Source: Paraspadella gotoi (taxonomy: Eukaryota > Animalia > Chaetognatha). Taken from it: DNA of 64,000 nucleotides. The notes beneath the pieces were generated by a model. It did no database searches. It saw only the letters and a list, made by a program, of their open reading frames with translations, and was not told where the DNA came from. Every line of letters starts with the position of its first letter. Position 1 is the stretch's first letter. This document shows positions 37,981-52,460 of this stretch, one piece after another. The translations under genes and the position numbers were made by a program. Location: assembly GCA_051294375.1 (NCBI GenBank), contig CM119269.1, positions 62,001-126,000 on the forward strand. Reading direction: 5' to 3'.

Positions 37981-38289
37981 TCAGGATTGTCCTCTTTATT
38001 GCAATTTTCGGACGTTCCTTTTGAGATTTTCCTCAATGTCATCAAATTTCAACTAAAATATTATCTACTTTAATTAAATGTGTTTTTAAAAAAAGGAGAG
38101 ATTTTCACTGTCAACTTTTATATCGATCTCCGAAATCCTTTTTTCCATCTAACCTGTTTTCACTGTACGCACCTTTTTTTGGGTTGTACGTGAATTTTTT
38201 TTTTTTGGCGAAACTTTTTTTTAAAGGGAAAATGAAGTCTTTATGGGAAATGGTGACAGAAAATCGTTAAGGCGAAAGACCTTACCTTG

Positions 38290-38800
38290 ATTGGGGGGAG
38301 GAAAGAGAGAGGGAGGAATGGAGAGAGGGAGGAAAGGCGAGGAAAAGAGAGAGGGAGGAAAGGGCAGGAAAGGAGAGAGGGAAGAAAGGAGAGAGTGAGA
38401 AAGGAGAGAAGAAGGAAAGGAGAAAGGAGAAAGGGAGGAATAGAGGAAAGAGAGAAGGGAGGGAAAGGGAGGAAAAGAGATAGGGAGGAAAGGGAGAAAA
38501 GGAAGAGAGAGGAAAGGAGGAAAAGAGGAGAGAAGGAAAGGGAGGAAAGGAGAGAGGGAGGAAAGGAGAGAAGGAAGAAAGGAGAGAGGAGGAAAGGAGA
38601 GAAAAAAGGAAGGGAGGCAAAAGAGAGGAGGAGGAATAGGAGGAAAGGCAGAGAGGAAGAAAGGAGTGAGAGGGAGAAAGGGAGGAAAAGAGAGAGGAAG
38701 AAAGGGACGGAAAGGAGAGAGGAAGAAGGAAGAAGGAGGTAAAGCCGGAGGAAAGTCGAGCAGAAAGAAGGAAAACGGCAGGAAAGGCGCAGACGGGAAG
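38290..38800. repeat. Polypurine (G/A) low-complexity tract (also ~30790-31275, 48350-48960, 57380-57840)
   Basis: Directly visible gaggaaagg-type units. Confidence 0.9.
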
Positions 38801-39622
38801 CAAAGTAGTTGGGATGAGACCGGGAAAAAGAGAAAGGAGACTTGGATGAAGGTAACGGGATAAGCAAAAATGCTTGAAATCACCTCACTCTGATTGGGCC
38901 GACAGGAATGCGGAACGCACAGGACGCAGAGGAAAGAAAGTGAAAGGCTGAAAGAGAGCAGACCAGCAGAGACGAGAGGGAAGAGCAGAGAGAAGACGAG
39001 ATGAGAGAAGAGAGAGGGGGGAGGAAGAGAGGAGAGAGAAAAGGAAAGATAGAAAACGACTTTGGTTTTATTTGAAAGAGAGGAATGGCCTTTTCTTGAT
39101 TTAGAGTAAGGAAAAAGGAGAGAAGGTGAAAGACCTTAACTTAATGGGAAGAAAGAAAGGGAGGAAAACAAGACCTTACCCTGAATAAGTTTAAGGAAAA
39201 AGTGAGAGAGAAAGATAAACTGCTTGGTGCTTGGTGGAAAAGATTTTGAAAACGGAGATCAACTTACTTTTTCTTCCCGATTGGTCGTTCGAAACCAAGC
39301 AAGCAATACAAGCAATTCAAAGAATTATTACCAATCCCATAAAATTCGAGCAATAACATCAAAATGGGTGATCCGAGCTTTTTACGTCGATTTAAAAATC
39401 CAAAATGTGACTGGAATATAAATGAATTATTTAATCCAAAAAAAAGGGAAAAAAGGAAAATAAAAGTAAAAAAAAGGAGAAAAAAGGAAAAGGAGAGAAT
39501 GTGACAGAAAAAGGAATGTGAAGCAATGAAGAGGAAAAAAGGGTTGGAAAGGCTAATCGAAAATTTGAAGCCAAAAATAGGGGAAAAGTTGCACAGGTAC
39601 TTTTAGTGGCTCAATGGAGAGC

Positions 39623-39729
<107 letters not shown>

Positions 39730-40814
39730 CGTCAATGGCTCGTTCCGCCAAACATCATTCGAATTTGACGTGCGAAGTCGGAAGCAAAGGATAATAGGAT
39801 GATTCAAATGCCTGACGTAATTCAGTTTACTTAAAGTAAAATTATGTATTTAGAAACTTATTTATTATAGTATATATAGCTTCAAAATATTATACATGAA
39901 GCTTATTTCAACATGTTGCAAAATAGAGGGATATTACTTAAAATTATTTTTTTTCATCATGTTTAGAGTTTGTGGTTAAAAACTGGAAGACTATTTTAGA
40001 AATTTCATCACCCTACTAAAAGAGGAGGAAAGAAAATAGGTAAAGAAAAAAGGAGAGAAAGAAGAGGAGTAAGAAGGAGAGAAAGAAGAGGAGTAAGAAG
40101 GAGAGAAAAGAAATAGGAAAGCGATGACGATAAAAGAAAAGGAAAATATTTCAAAGAAAAAAGAAGAAGAGAGAAGAAGAGAGAAAGAAAAGGAGAGAGA
40201 AACTCAAAAAGAGAAGTAAAAAAGAAGGAAGGGAATAGAAGAGCGATAAAGAGGGCAAAGAGAAGGAATAGAAAGGTAGCGAACATAGGGGAGAGAAATG
40301 AAGAGAAAAAGAGGGCAGAGAGAAAGGGAACGAAAAGCGGGCAGCTCGTTCTGTGTGAATTTCGTTTCTCAAAAGATTTATGTCCTTTTCAAAAACGAAC
40401 GAAAATCGGACAAAAAAAGACAGAAACGAAAGGGAAGAGATAGAAAAGACAGAAACTGTCAAAAAAAAATATAAACCAGCTACAAGTAGACTTGTTGACA
40501 GAAAGAGAATAAAAGTAAAAAAGATTTTAAAAATATGAAACAACTTGTACAATTTTGTTATGCACCTTTTAGGGAGACAGAAGTCTCTGAAGATCAGTGC
40601 TTATTTAAAAATAAATATTATGTTACTTCCAGAAATAATTTGTTTTTCTTTTATATTATTGGCATGAAAAGACCAAATCAAACTATTAACTACTAAATCT
40701 TCTGCCAAAATCATGACTCTGAAACAAATAATTGTACAATAATTATATCAACGTGTGAAATATAAAGTAATCGAAAAAAAATATAAAACTATAAAAGTAA
40801 AAAAATAAGGAGAC

Positions 40815-40952
40815 AAGACTGGACATAAACAGGACATAATGGACATATACAGAGACGGGACATAAACAAGACATATAAATAGACATGGACATAGACTGGA
40901 CATAGACATGGACATAGACTGGACATAGACATGGACATTGACTGGACATAAA
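40815..40952 (+). repeat. Short tandem repeat of ggacatagac(t/at) units
   Basis: Directly visible. Copies at ~51335-51470 and ~59935-60072. Confidence 0.8.
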
Positions 40953-41297
40953 CAGAAAAGCAATAAGATTTCGTGAAGCTGAAAAAGAGAAGATTGAGAA
41001 GATGGAACGAGTTTCTGCTTCTTCGGGTTCCTTCACAGATTGAACGATGATTTTTCGACGGAGAGGATCAATGGGGAAGGAAGAGAGGAAGGGGGAGGGA
41101 GGAAAGAGGAAGAAGGGGAAAAAGGAAGGGGAGAATGGGAGAATGGGAGTATAGGAGAATGAGAAAAGGGCAAAAAAAGTGAGGGAGAAAAAAAAATAGT
41201 AAAGCCGAGTCATCAGTTATTCATGCATTCGTGCCAAGAATGTGGAAAAAAATTTGGCAAAGTCATTTTGAATCGGAGAAAGAGAAAAGAGATAGAT

Positions 41298-41334
<37 letters not shown>

Positions 41335-41519
41335 AGAAAATGAGCGGTCAGTAATCGAACTGTTGTGAATATTTGGCTCAGATTAGTTATGGTTTTCTTT
41401 AGATTTGCTTATTAGCACTACTTCATACAATTATATACCATATTATCAGTTTTTGCATATAACATATATCGCAAACAATGCATCAAATCTCAACCATTTC
41501 TGTCCCCTCCGCGCGACAG

Positions 41520-41710
41520 GCGGCTGCTCCCCCCTGAACCTCAGCCATCGCCGGCTCCTAGCGACAATTCCAGCCGTGCTCCTTAGTTCATACTCCTTCA
41601 CCGCCTCTTTCATAGCCTCACTTCGGCGAGAGCTCTTTCAATGCTTCGTCACTCACATTTATTGGAACTTCACTTTACCCCCGCTCACTTGTGATACAAG
41701 AGACTCCAGC
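41520..41710 (+). CDS. IgSF exon E (indel-containing; other copies 52053-52240 and 60711-60906): second half of Ig domain 2
   Basis: By-eye consensus of three copies is ~PALPLTSAIAGSYDNSSVLLSQYSFTAS..HFGExFQCFVTHxxWNFTLPPLTCGYKRLQ, which supplies the F-strand F-x-C-x-V. cag acceptor, CAG|gttagg donor in the 52240 copy. Confidence 0.65.
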
Positions 41711-42366
41711 GTTAGGGGGGAAGAGAAGGAAGTGGATGGGGGGAAAGGGGGAGAGGAAGAGGAGGGGGAGAGAAAAGAGAAGAGGAGGAGGAAAGGTGGA
41801 GAGGAAGTAGGAGGGGGAAGGATAAGAGGAAGACTGGAGGGGGGAGAGGAAAGAAGGAAGAAGAGGGGAGAGGAAGCAGGAAGAGGAGGGGGAAGAGGGG
41901 AGAGGAATGAGGAGGGGGGAAAGGGGAGAGGAAGAGGAGGGGGGAGAGGAAACGAGGAAGAGGAGGGGGAGAGAAAAGGAAGAAGGGGGGAAGAAAAGAG
42001 GAAAGAGGAGGGGACAGAGGGAGAGGAAAGAGGAAGTGGGGGAGAGGAAAGAGGAAGAGAGGGGGAAAAGGGGAAGAGAAGGGGAGGGAGAAGGACAAAA
42101 GAGAGAGAAGATGGGTGAGAGGGATAGGAAGGAAGGGATAATGGATTTAGAGACGGAAAGGAGAGATAGAAAGATAGGTTTAAGGGAATGAATAATGACA
42201 AGATGGGAAGAAGAGGATAGAAGGAAAAGAAAGAGAGGAGAAGGATAAGAAAGAAGGGAGGATAGGAAAAGGGAAAAGCGAAATATGGGGGGGAGATGAA
42301 AGGAACGGAAAAAAGAAAGAAAAGACAAAGAGTACACCAGANNNNNNNNNNNNNNNNNNNNNNNNN

Positions 42367-42401
<35 letters not shown>

Positions 42402-42454
42402 TGAGCGGTCAGTCGATCGAACTGTTGTGATATTTGGCTTCAGATTAGTTATAG

Positions 42455-45400
42455 AAAAGAAAAGAAAGAAAAGAAAAGAGAAAGAAAAGAAAAGATAGAG
42501 AAAGAAAGAAAGAAGAAAAGGAAAAATAAAGAAAAGAAAAGGAAAATTCCAAAGGAGCGTCGAAAATCAGATTTTGCGGGAAAAGACCGAAAGTTGTCGG
42601 TTTGAACGGTTTTTCAGTTAGTCAGCTTCTTGTCATCATGTCACGGAGGTATTGAATTTAGTCTTTTATCTAAAAACCGACAAAAGGACGAAAAAAATCT
42701 TACAAAAAAAATGTCCCCATTTTTTGAAATGAGTTATAATTATTTTTTTTAAAAAAATATTGATTTTTTATTTAATTTGTTAATTGTTGGATCATTAAAA
42801 CCGTCGATTGCAAGATTGTAAAGAAAAATGTTTTTGTGTTCTCACTGAGAGCCGTGTTAATTATTATTCTTTTAAAGAACATTTATCAATTTTATGAAAT
42901 TTTTATAAAAATTAGAAATTAGAGACAGATGATATGATATTGTTGTTAAGATCCAGACTTGGTAGAAATGGCACGTAGCAGTCTCGTTTAGCACTCCGTG
43001 TCACGACAACAGTAAAGCTAATAATGATTTTAGATTTAAATATTATTATACTTCCTTAAAAGGAATATGTAAGGAAATAGAGAATTTTAAATTAAAAAAA
43101 TTTGCCCATTTGTTCGAGTTCCAATGCGGAAACGACCTAAAAATAGTATAAGCGTTATCTCATCTGACTTCTCTCCCTCTATCTCTTCTCATTCTCGATT
43201 AATAAACAAGTACGACTCCAAGAGAATCTATGCTCTCATACGTCAATCAAAAGTCTCAAAACATCTCTACTCACTACTCTCATCTCATGATGACCTTACT
43301 TATTCTCAATCCGATCATTCTACTTAACTCTCTTTCTCTCATTATCTTCTTATAACACCTCGTTTTTCCTATCTACAAGAAAACTTGATAGTTTTATGAG
43401 CATGAGAAGTAGAAAAATATGTATCAATTTCGGTAGTAGAATAAAGATAATGGGTATGTATGATGTTATGTTACAGATAATATCCCGTAAGATGTGAATG
43501 GGAAAGAGAACAGGAAGTAGTAATTGGAGAAATTGATGTATGATAATATTAAATATCAACAACCCAACTCACGACACTTTTTAAGAAAATCAATCTCATA
43601 CTTCCATTACTTAGAAACCGTATTTCAGATATAAGATCTTATCATAAACAAACTGTTTTAGCGTATTTTAATATTCCTTGTAATAAGAAAAATCTTACTT
43701 TTTTTTCCTTCTCTGACTATAAATCAAACATATTTCGCGATTTCTATATATTCTTTTCATTTTTTTCTTTCCTGTTCCATTTTTTTTCTTTCCAATCAGA
43801 GTTGTATTTTCTCGGAATACTACTCAAATGCACTGCCAATTCGTTTGCCTCGCTTATATTCATTTCACTGTTATTTTTTCCTGTTTTTCTCAGGGAAATT
43901 GTTGACCTATGCCGTCACATATTTACTCCTGGTGACATATCATTTATAACGGAGTTCGTAAATCATAACTGAATAATCACACTTCCTCACCCTTTATTAT
44001 ATATCTTATTTTCTACCAAAACAATTTGTCATTTTCTTTTGTGTCGAGTTGGCCTGCTTGCAATTCGCTGACACCACAGCACAGGGCACATATCATAAAT
44101 TATGGAAAAGTTAAATTATGCTTGCATTCGCTTGGTGCTTTCCCTTTTCTATGCAGTTTGCGATTTTCCTCTTCACAACACAGTCTGAGTATATTTTTGA
44201 GTTTCTTATTATTTTCGTTATATATCCTTCGTCAGTATTTGTAGTCTGACGAGCGACGAATAGGAGCAGACACTATTCTGAGTTTTATCACGACTCACTC
44301 CTCCTCCGTCATTATTCCCTTATTCACACCTATCTCCAATTCTTCCCCGCCTGCTCCAATCACCCCTCCTCCTCCTTTTTCCACATTCGTACCTCGTCTC
44401 TCTTCTCTACACCTAGCCACTTCTCCTCCTCCTTCCGTTTGTACTTTTCACCACCTCACCATTCTTCAAGCTCTATCCACTCCTCCCCATTCTCGCTCCA
44501 TCTTCTACCTCCTTTCCAAAAAGACCATCCCTTACCATCCTACATTCTCACACTACAAATACATAACATCCTTTCTCCTTTGCATCTTGCCTCATAAGAT
44601 AATATACTATAGAAAATACACTATTAGCTATATAATTAGTAGAGATTTTTCTATTCTATTACTTCTATCCTCGTTTACAGATGGGATACCAGCGACTATC
44701 AGAGTTTTTTCTTGCCTCATTTTCACCTGGACTCATACTGTGACTTTCGACGTGCTGCGAAATTAGCTAAAATCAAAACACGACGACTGACAGTAGGGTC
44801 AAAAATCTTCTGACCATACAGGTGATTGGAAAACTGAGACCTCGACCCTAACGCGGGCTTGAAAAAAAGCTCGACTGATTCTGGTGGCAGAGACGCAAAT
44901 ATAGGTTATCCTGCCACTAAAAGCTGTTAATTATGTTGTTGCAAACACATCTAGCCGCCATGCTGTATTTGACTGAGCATAAATTTTTTCTGTTAAATTG
45001 CAGCTGCTGTTAAATCACATTGACACGGCTGTTGCTATACATATGTTTGGATTATGCTTATCTTGACGCACCCCAAATATTTTTTTTTCACCACGTCCCT
45101 GGCGCAGGACGCAAAATTGTTTTGATACCTCAGTTTTTTCTTATGGTTTTGGCTTGGCACCCTATACTCACCTTTTACACAGAGATCTGGTCAAAGAAGA
45201 TTTTAGAAAAAAAAAAAATAAAACAGTAATAGAGGTATATGTTTTTATTTATTAAGACAATCGAGTATAATTACGTTCGAAAAAAATTAATGAGACTTCG
45301 GATTTCGATATGCAATTTCCTTGTGATGAGAGTCGTCGTTATCATGCGTCGTCTTTATCGAGTCGAGTTGTGCGTCGTAGTTTTCACACCATCGTTGTCA

Positions 45401-48400
45401 AAATCCGTCGTCGTCGAGTCGCTTACTCGCCCTTATTCAGGGTCCAGCCAATATTTGAGTCACACAATTATTGAAACATTGCCGCTTCGCATTCGTTAGG
45501 GGGGAGAGAGAGAGAGAGAGAGAGTAGGAGAGAGAGAGAGAGAGAAAGAGGAAGAGGGAGAGAGAGAAACAGGAGAGAGAGAGAAGAAGAGAGAGAGAGA
45601 GAGAGAGGTAAGAGTAGAGTAAAGAGGAAAGGAGGGAGAGCAAGAAGAGAGAGAGAGAGAGAGAGAGAGAAGAAGAGAGAGAGGAAGAAGAGAGTAAGAT
45701 TGAAGATTCAACTTCTTAATAATCTAACATCATAGAGAACTTAAAATTAGCAGGAAATTTTTATCGTTACGGATGGCCGATGAGAGAGAGAAAGAGTGAG
45801 AGAGAGAGACGAGAGAGAGATAACGGGAATAGAGAAGAGAGAGAGAGAGAGAGAAAGACGCAGAGACACTCACCTATCTCTCTGTCGGCACTCGCTCTTT
45901 ACTTCCGTCTTCTCTCCCTCCTTTCTCCACCTTCCCCTCCTCGTCTCTCCTCTTCCTCTCTCATGAACCGCGAAGACCCTCTCGGCTTTCTCTCACCCAC
46001 AACGGCAAACCATACGACAAGACCGTCGATCTTGCTACAAGATAAACTTACCGTTGCAAAGAAAATCCGCGATCACAGGAACAATCAGCACTCTTCTAGA
46101 TTGCCCCATCAAAATTTCACCTCTCATCGCAACAATCAATGATTGGCCAGCAGCATAAAAGAAACAGGCGGCGGAGATATAACCAAGAAAAATATAAATG
46201 CTAGAAAAGCCACACTTAACTACAAGTGAGAAGAAAAAAGAGAGAGGAGAGAGAAGGGAGAGGTCAAAAAGAGAGAGTGAGAGAGTAGACCGGAAGTAGA
46301 GGGAAAGAAGAGAGAGAGAGACGAAAAAAATAAAAAGAGAGAAGCGAAGGGAGACGGAAGGAAAAGTATTAACAAAGAGAAACAAAAATGACAATCAAAC
46401 AGAAAAAATTGAACTATAATAACAAAAAAATACAAAAGATGAAGAGAAAAGAGAAAAAAAGAAGAGAACAGAGCATAATAAAAGAAGAGCAAAATAAATT
46501 ACAATACAAAAATAGAATCAACAAAAAAGAGAATTTAAATATTAAAAAATGAAAAAACAAAATTATAACTAAAAAATAAAACACAAAAATAAAAATAAAC
46601 TCAAATAAATACAGATGCAATAAACCGAGTTTTTTCCAATGTATTCCCTCTCAGGTTATGTTTATTATACGTGGATCGATTCAGCTTTAGAATTCCTTTT
46701 GCTTGTTTTTGTCCCTTGCCGACTTACCTTTTGGATAATTTCATCCGATTAAAGGATAAACCTGACGTTTCAGGTAGTTTTTATTTCTTCATCGTTAGTA
46801 TAAGAGATGGAATTTGCACGCTTTGCTTAAACTGGCTTAAATATGAGAGAATATTGGATAATAATTAACACATAGCTATATAATGATAGTTATGAAGATA
46901 GGTAAATAGAATAGTGTAATTATAGAGTTCACTCGTATATCATGGTAAAATAATTAGATAGAAAAAAAAAATATACAGAACAGGAAAAAAATGACGAATG
47001 GAAACAGATAATTCCCAACAAAGCATATATTATTTATTTTAGATTATTAATTATATTCAAAAAATGGATATTATTAATAAATGACACATGGGAAGTATGC
47101 TTTCTCATACGAATGGTTGTATCCAATTTATCCGAATAATGATGGAGCTGCGAGATCTGATCACTATACCGATGCTAAATCAATCATCCTTCATTACTCT
47201 AAAAACTGTAAAAGTCAGAATGATATGTAAATTATCAGCACAAAAATGATTATTGACGTTTATTTTTATCCGAGATCCTTTCACCTCTATTATTTAAAAC
47301 TTGTCCCTTATTGTCTCCTCCATCTTACACAGGTCAAAGCTAGACTGTGTCCTTACTAAAAGATAATCTAGATATTACGTGAAATACTGGTTCATGCAAC
47401 TTCAGCCAAAGGAAGTTAAAAGATGATGACTTAATATAAAAAGGAAAAACGAGGACTGGATCTTTGGGGTCACAGACGAAGAAAACTGATCAAACAGACC
47501 TCATAGACCACGTCCACATACCGGCAGAGCAATAGAAATCTATTGAGGAGAAGAGAAGCGGAAGATGAGTCTAGCGTTGAAAGGAACAGAGAGAAAGGGA
47601 GCAAATGTCATTATCTGTATCATGCGCCCAGTGCCCAGTTCCAGTGAGAAAAGATGCAAGGAGGTAAAGCAGTCATTCCAACGTGCCAGCACCCAATGCC
47701 GTACGGTTACATGACCAGTAGAAGTAAAAAGAATGATCCAGGACAGAAGATGAGATCAATTATCTAGTGCGCCATGCACAACAGTCCAAGTCGAAATAAG
47801 AAAATGAATGACAAGGAAGATTGTCAATCTCAATTAGTATAATAAAGTCTAGCGCTATGGGCCATACAGCGATCGCGTCAGGAAATTGAGTCCTTCTTTT
47901 TTATTATGACAGCAATTTTGTCGGGACGTTCCTGATTTTGACAAGAAAATTATTCAACCTCTGATTCAATTTGTCATACATCTCTTATAAATTTGTATCA
48001 AAAAACATAAAAATAATTTATATGCATGGATCTCTGGATTCTTTTGAATTTTAAAGGTAACTGTATGTTTTTAGACAAGAAAAAAGGGAGGAGATTTTCT
48101 ACTTGTCAACACATGTTTTTACTTCGAGTCATCCAGAAAACTCCTGGGATTGAATACTTTACGCCGATCTAATAACGTGACCTGTGTTCCACAAACGTGT
48201 ATCGACACCTTTTTTTGGGTTGATACGTGAAATTTTGTCTTTATTTTTTGCGTAAAGACTGTTTTTATTTAAAGGGGAAAAAAGTTCTTATGGGAAATGG
48301 TGACAGAAATCGATTAAGCGCGTAACATGACCGGTTACAACTTCGATTGGGGGGGAGGGTAAAGAGAGAGGTCGAGGACAGAAGGAGAAAGAGGAGAGAG

Positions 48401-49910
48401 ATAAGGCTTGGATAAGAGCAAGAGGAAGGGAGGAAAAAAAAGGAGGAGGGAGGAAAGGAGGAAAGGAAGAGAGGGAAGAAAGGAGAGAGTGAGGAAAGGA
48501 GAGGAAAGAAAGGATGGGAGGAAAGGAGAAGGTGAGGAATAGAGGGAAAGGAGAGAGTTGGAGGATAAAGGGAGGAAAAGAGATAGGGAGGAAGGGAAAA
48601 GGAGAGAGAAGGCGCAGGAAAGGGAGGAAAAGAGAGAGAGGAAGGAAAGAGGAGTGAAGGAGAGAGGGAGGAAAGGAGAGGGAAAGAAGAAAGGAGAGAG
48701 GGAGGAGATAAGGGAGAAAGGAGAGAAAAAAGAATAGGGAGGAAAGGAGGAGAAGGTTACGAAGGAATAGAGAGGAAAGGAGAGAGGGGAAGAAGGAGAG
48801 AGGGGAGGAAAGGAGGGAGAGAAAGAGAGAGGAGGAAAGGGAGGAAGGTAGAGCAAGGGAAGAAGGAAGAGATGGGAAGGGAAACGGAGAGAATGATAGG
48901 AAAAGGGAGGAAGGAGAAGGAGAGGGAAGACAGTAGTAGTTTGGGAGAAGGACGGGAAAAAGGAGAAAGGGAATTTGGATGAGAGGTAAGAGGAAGACAA
49001 ATATGTGAATCACCATCGGTAGACCTGTTTGGCGCCGCAAGGAAATGGAGGGAATCGTTATTACTCTGAAGAGAATATAACAGGGAGAGAAAGACAAGGC
49101 TGAAAGGATGATATAAAGAGAGAGAGAGGAGAGAGGAGAGAGGAGGTAGAGAGGAGAACATATGAATGAGAGAAACAGGAAAAGATAGAACGACTATTGT
49201 TTGTAATTTGAAAGAGAGGAAAGGCCTTCTTTTTTCTTGATTCTAGAGTAAGTTAAGATAAAAGGAGAGACAAGGTGAAAGAACCTTAAAATTAATGGCA
49301 AGAGATAGAAGGGAGGGAACAACAACTACGAAATGAAAAATAGACACGCGTTGTATAAGGAAAAAAGTGAGAAGAGAAAGATAAACTGCCTGATGGTGCT
49401 TGGGATGGAAAAGAATTTTGGAAGAACGGAGATCAACATGTACTTTTAATTTGCCGCAGAGTATGGCTCGTATCGAAAACAACGCAAGCATACACAAAGT
49501 AATTTCAAAAGAATTATACCAATATATCTGCCGCCAATAAAATTACGAGCAAATAAAATCGAAAAAGTAAGATGATATCGAGCTTATATTACGATCGATT
49601 TAAAAAATCCAAAATGTGAATGGAATAAATAGAATGAATTAGTTTAATACCATAAAAAGGAAAATAAAGAAAAATATAAAGAGTAAAAAAAAAAAGGAGA
49701 AAAAAGGAAAGGAAGAGAAATATGTGACAAGAAAAGAAACGAAGCAATAGAGAAGAAGAGAAAAAAGGGTTGGAAAGCTAATCGAAAATTTGAAAGCCAA
49801 AAAATAGGTGGAAAAGTTTAGCACAGGTTACGTTAGTGGCTTTCATGGCGAGCAGGAGAGAGAGAGACGAGAGAGAGAAGAGAGATAGAGAGAAGAGAGA
49901 GAGCAGAGCC

Positions 49911-49943
<33 letters not shown>

Positions 49944-52460
49944 TGCGTACAATGGCTCGTTCCGCCAAAACATCACATATCGAATTTAGACGTGGCGAAG
50001 TACGGAAGCAAAGAGACTAAATAGATGATTTACAAAATGCCTGAACGTCAGAAATTCAGTTGAGCTTAAAGTAAAATTCTATGTATGTAACGAAGACTTA
50101 CTTAATATATAGTATACTTATAGGCTTCAAATATTCTATAGACATGCTTATATAAAGCTTATTTCAAACATGTTGTGCAAAATGAGAGGGATATATCTTA
50201 AAAGATTATTTGTTTGCTTCATCCAATGCTTTTTTAGAAGTTTTGGTGGATTTAAAAATACTGGAAGAAAGATTTTTACGTAAATTTTCATATGTTCACT
50301 TCGTTTTTATTTCTAAAGTAGAGGAATTATAAATATAGTGTTTTTCACAAGCACACTAAAAAGGAGAGGAAGAAAGAGGTTGAGTTAATGATGTGAGATA
50401 TTATTAAAGAAGTATGAGTAATGAGAGAGAGAAAGATATATAGGTAATAGGCGATGACTACTAATAAAGTTAATAAGTCATAATATTTTCTTTATAGATG
50501 ATATAGAAATGAATGAGAATGTATGTAGTGTAATGATAACACCAAAGCCCGAGTCAGAGTATTAAAACTATAAATATGAGAAGTTAAAAAAAGAGGATAG
50601 GGTATATATACAAGATTGCGTATATAAAGATGTCAACAGAGAAGAATAGTGAAGAGTATGCCGAAACTCATGGGAGAGAAAATGAGATATTGTTAAATAT
50701 AATGATGGTGTAGAGAGTAATTGTGAACTGTAACATGTCTCGTGGCATGCTCATGTTCTAGTTGTGAATTTCGTCTTCAAAGATTATATGTTCTTTTTTC
50801 TAAATATTACAGAACAGATAATATATATATTTAGATTACATATTATATATAATGATTCATGTTATATATCTGTTATATGGAAATGTAAGATAGTTATATA
50901 TAGAATATATACTGTGTATAAAATATAAAAATATAAAATCTTTTTCCTTCTAGCTACGTAATTAGATTCCCTTGCTGGGATACACAGCAAGAGAAAAAAA
51001 CAGAAATGAAATAAAGTAAAAATTTAAAAAATATGAAACAACTGTGTAATATTTTGTTATGCAACCTTTCTTAGAGGAGACAGAAGATCTCTGAAGATGT
51101 CTATGCTTATTTAAAAATATAGATATATTATGTTTACTGAGATCCAGAAATAATTATGTTTTTTTATATATTGGTTCAATGGAAAAAGACCAAATCAAAC
51201 TATTACACTACTAAAATCTGTCTAAATCAGGAACTCTGAAACAAAATATGTGTACAATTATTATTCACGTGTAAAAATATAAATTAATCGAAAAAGAAAA
51301 ATAAAACTATAAAAGTAAAAAAAATAAGGAACCAAGACTGGACAAAACAGACATAATGACATATACTCGGCGGGACATAAAGCAAGACATATAAATAGAC
51401 AATGGACATCAGACTGGAACAATAGAATGGACATAGACTGGACATAGACAGGACATTTGACTGGACATAAACAGAAAAGGCATAATGAATATTCGTGAAG
51501 CTGAAAAAAGAGAAGATTCGAAGAAGATGGACACAGTTTCTGCTTTTCGGGTTCCTTCACGCAGAGAACGATATTTTTGACGGAGAGACGGGGAAAGAGG
51601 GAGCGAGAGAAGAGGAAGAGAACAAGGAAGGGAAATGGGAGATATGGAGTATAGAGAATGAGAAAAGGCAAAAAAAGTGAGGGAAAAAAAATAGTTAAAG
51701 AGGCAGAGTCATCAGTTATTCATGCATTCGTGCAAGAATGTGGAAAAATTTCAATCTTTTGAATGGGAGAAAGAGAAAAGAGATAGATAAAAAGAGAGAG
51801 AGTAGAGAAAGAGAGAGGAAGCAGATGAGAGATAGGAGAGAGAAGAAGAGAGAGTAAGGGAGAGAGAGAGAGAAGAGAGAAAATGAGCGTCAGTCATCGA
51901 ACTGTTGTGAATATTTGGCTCAGATCTAGTTATGGTTTTCTAGATTGCTTATTAGCACTACTTCATACAATTATAGTACATATTATCAGTTTTTGCATAT
52001 ACATAATCGCAAACAATGCATCAATCTCAACCATTCTTTCCCCCCCCAACAGCCCGCTCTCCCCCTGACCTCAGCCATCGCCGGCCTCCTACGACAATTT
52101 CCAGCGTGCTCCTTAGTCAGTACTCCTTCACCGCCTCTTTCATACTCACTTCGGCGAGAGTCTTTTCAATGCTTCGTCACTCAAGTATTATTGAGAACTT
52201 CACTTTACCCCCGCTCACTTGTGGATACAAGAGACTCCAGGTTAGGGGGGGAAGAGAAGGAAGTGGATGGGGGGAAAGGGGGAGGGAAGAGGAGGGGGGA
52301 GAGGAAAAGAGAAGGGGAGGGTGGGAAAGGGGAGAGGAGTAGGAGGGGGAGAGGATAAGAGGAAGACTGGAGGGGGGAGAGGAAAGAGGAAGAAGAGAGA
52401 CAGAAGAGGAGGGGAGAGGGGAGAGGAAAGAGGGGAAAGGGAGGAAGGGGGGGATAGAGC
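42455..52460 (+). repeat. Locus copy 3: very indel-rich duplicate of ~22450-24580 plus ~36445-41900, including degraded exons A-E
   Basis: Colinear landmarks (exon A 44681-44821, exon B ~45975-46225, exon E 52053-52240). Lies between 25-N gaps at 42342-42366 and 52636-52660. Confidence 0.88.

Noticed and set aside
42455-52460. Copy 3 as an old pseudogene or somatically hypermutated Ig variant
   Set aside because: Differences are insertion-dominated, uniform across exons and introns, and vary along the copy like raw-read quality. The copy lies between 25-N gaps.
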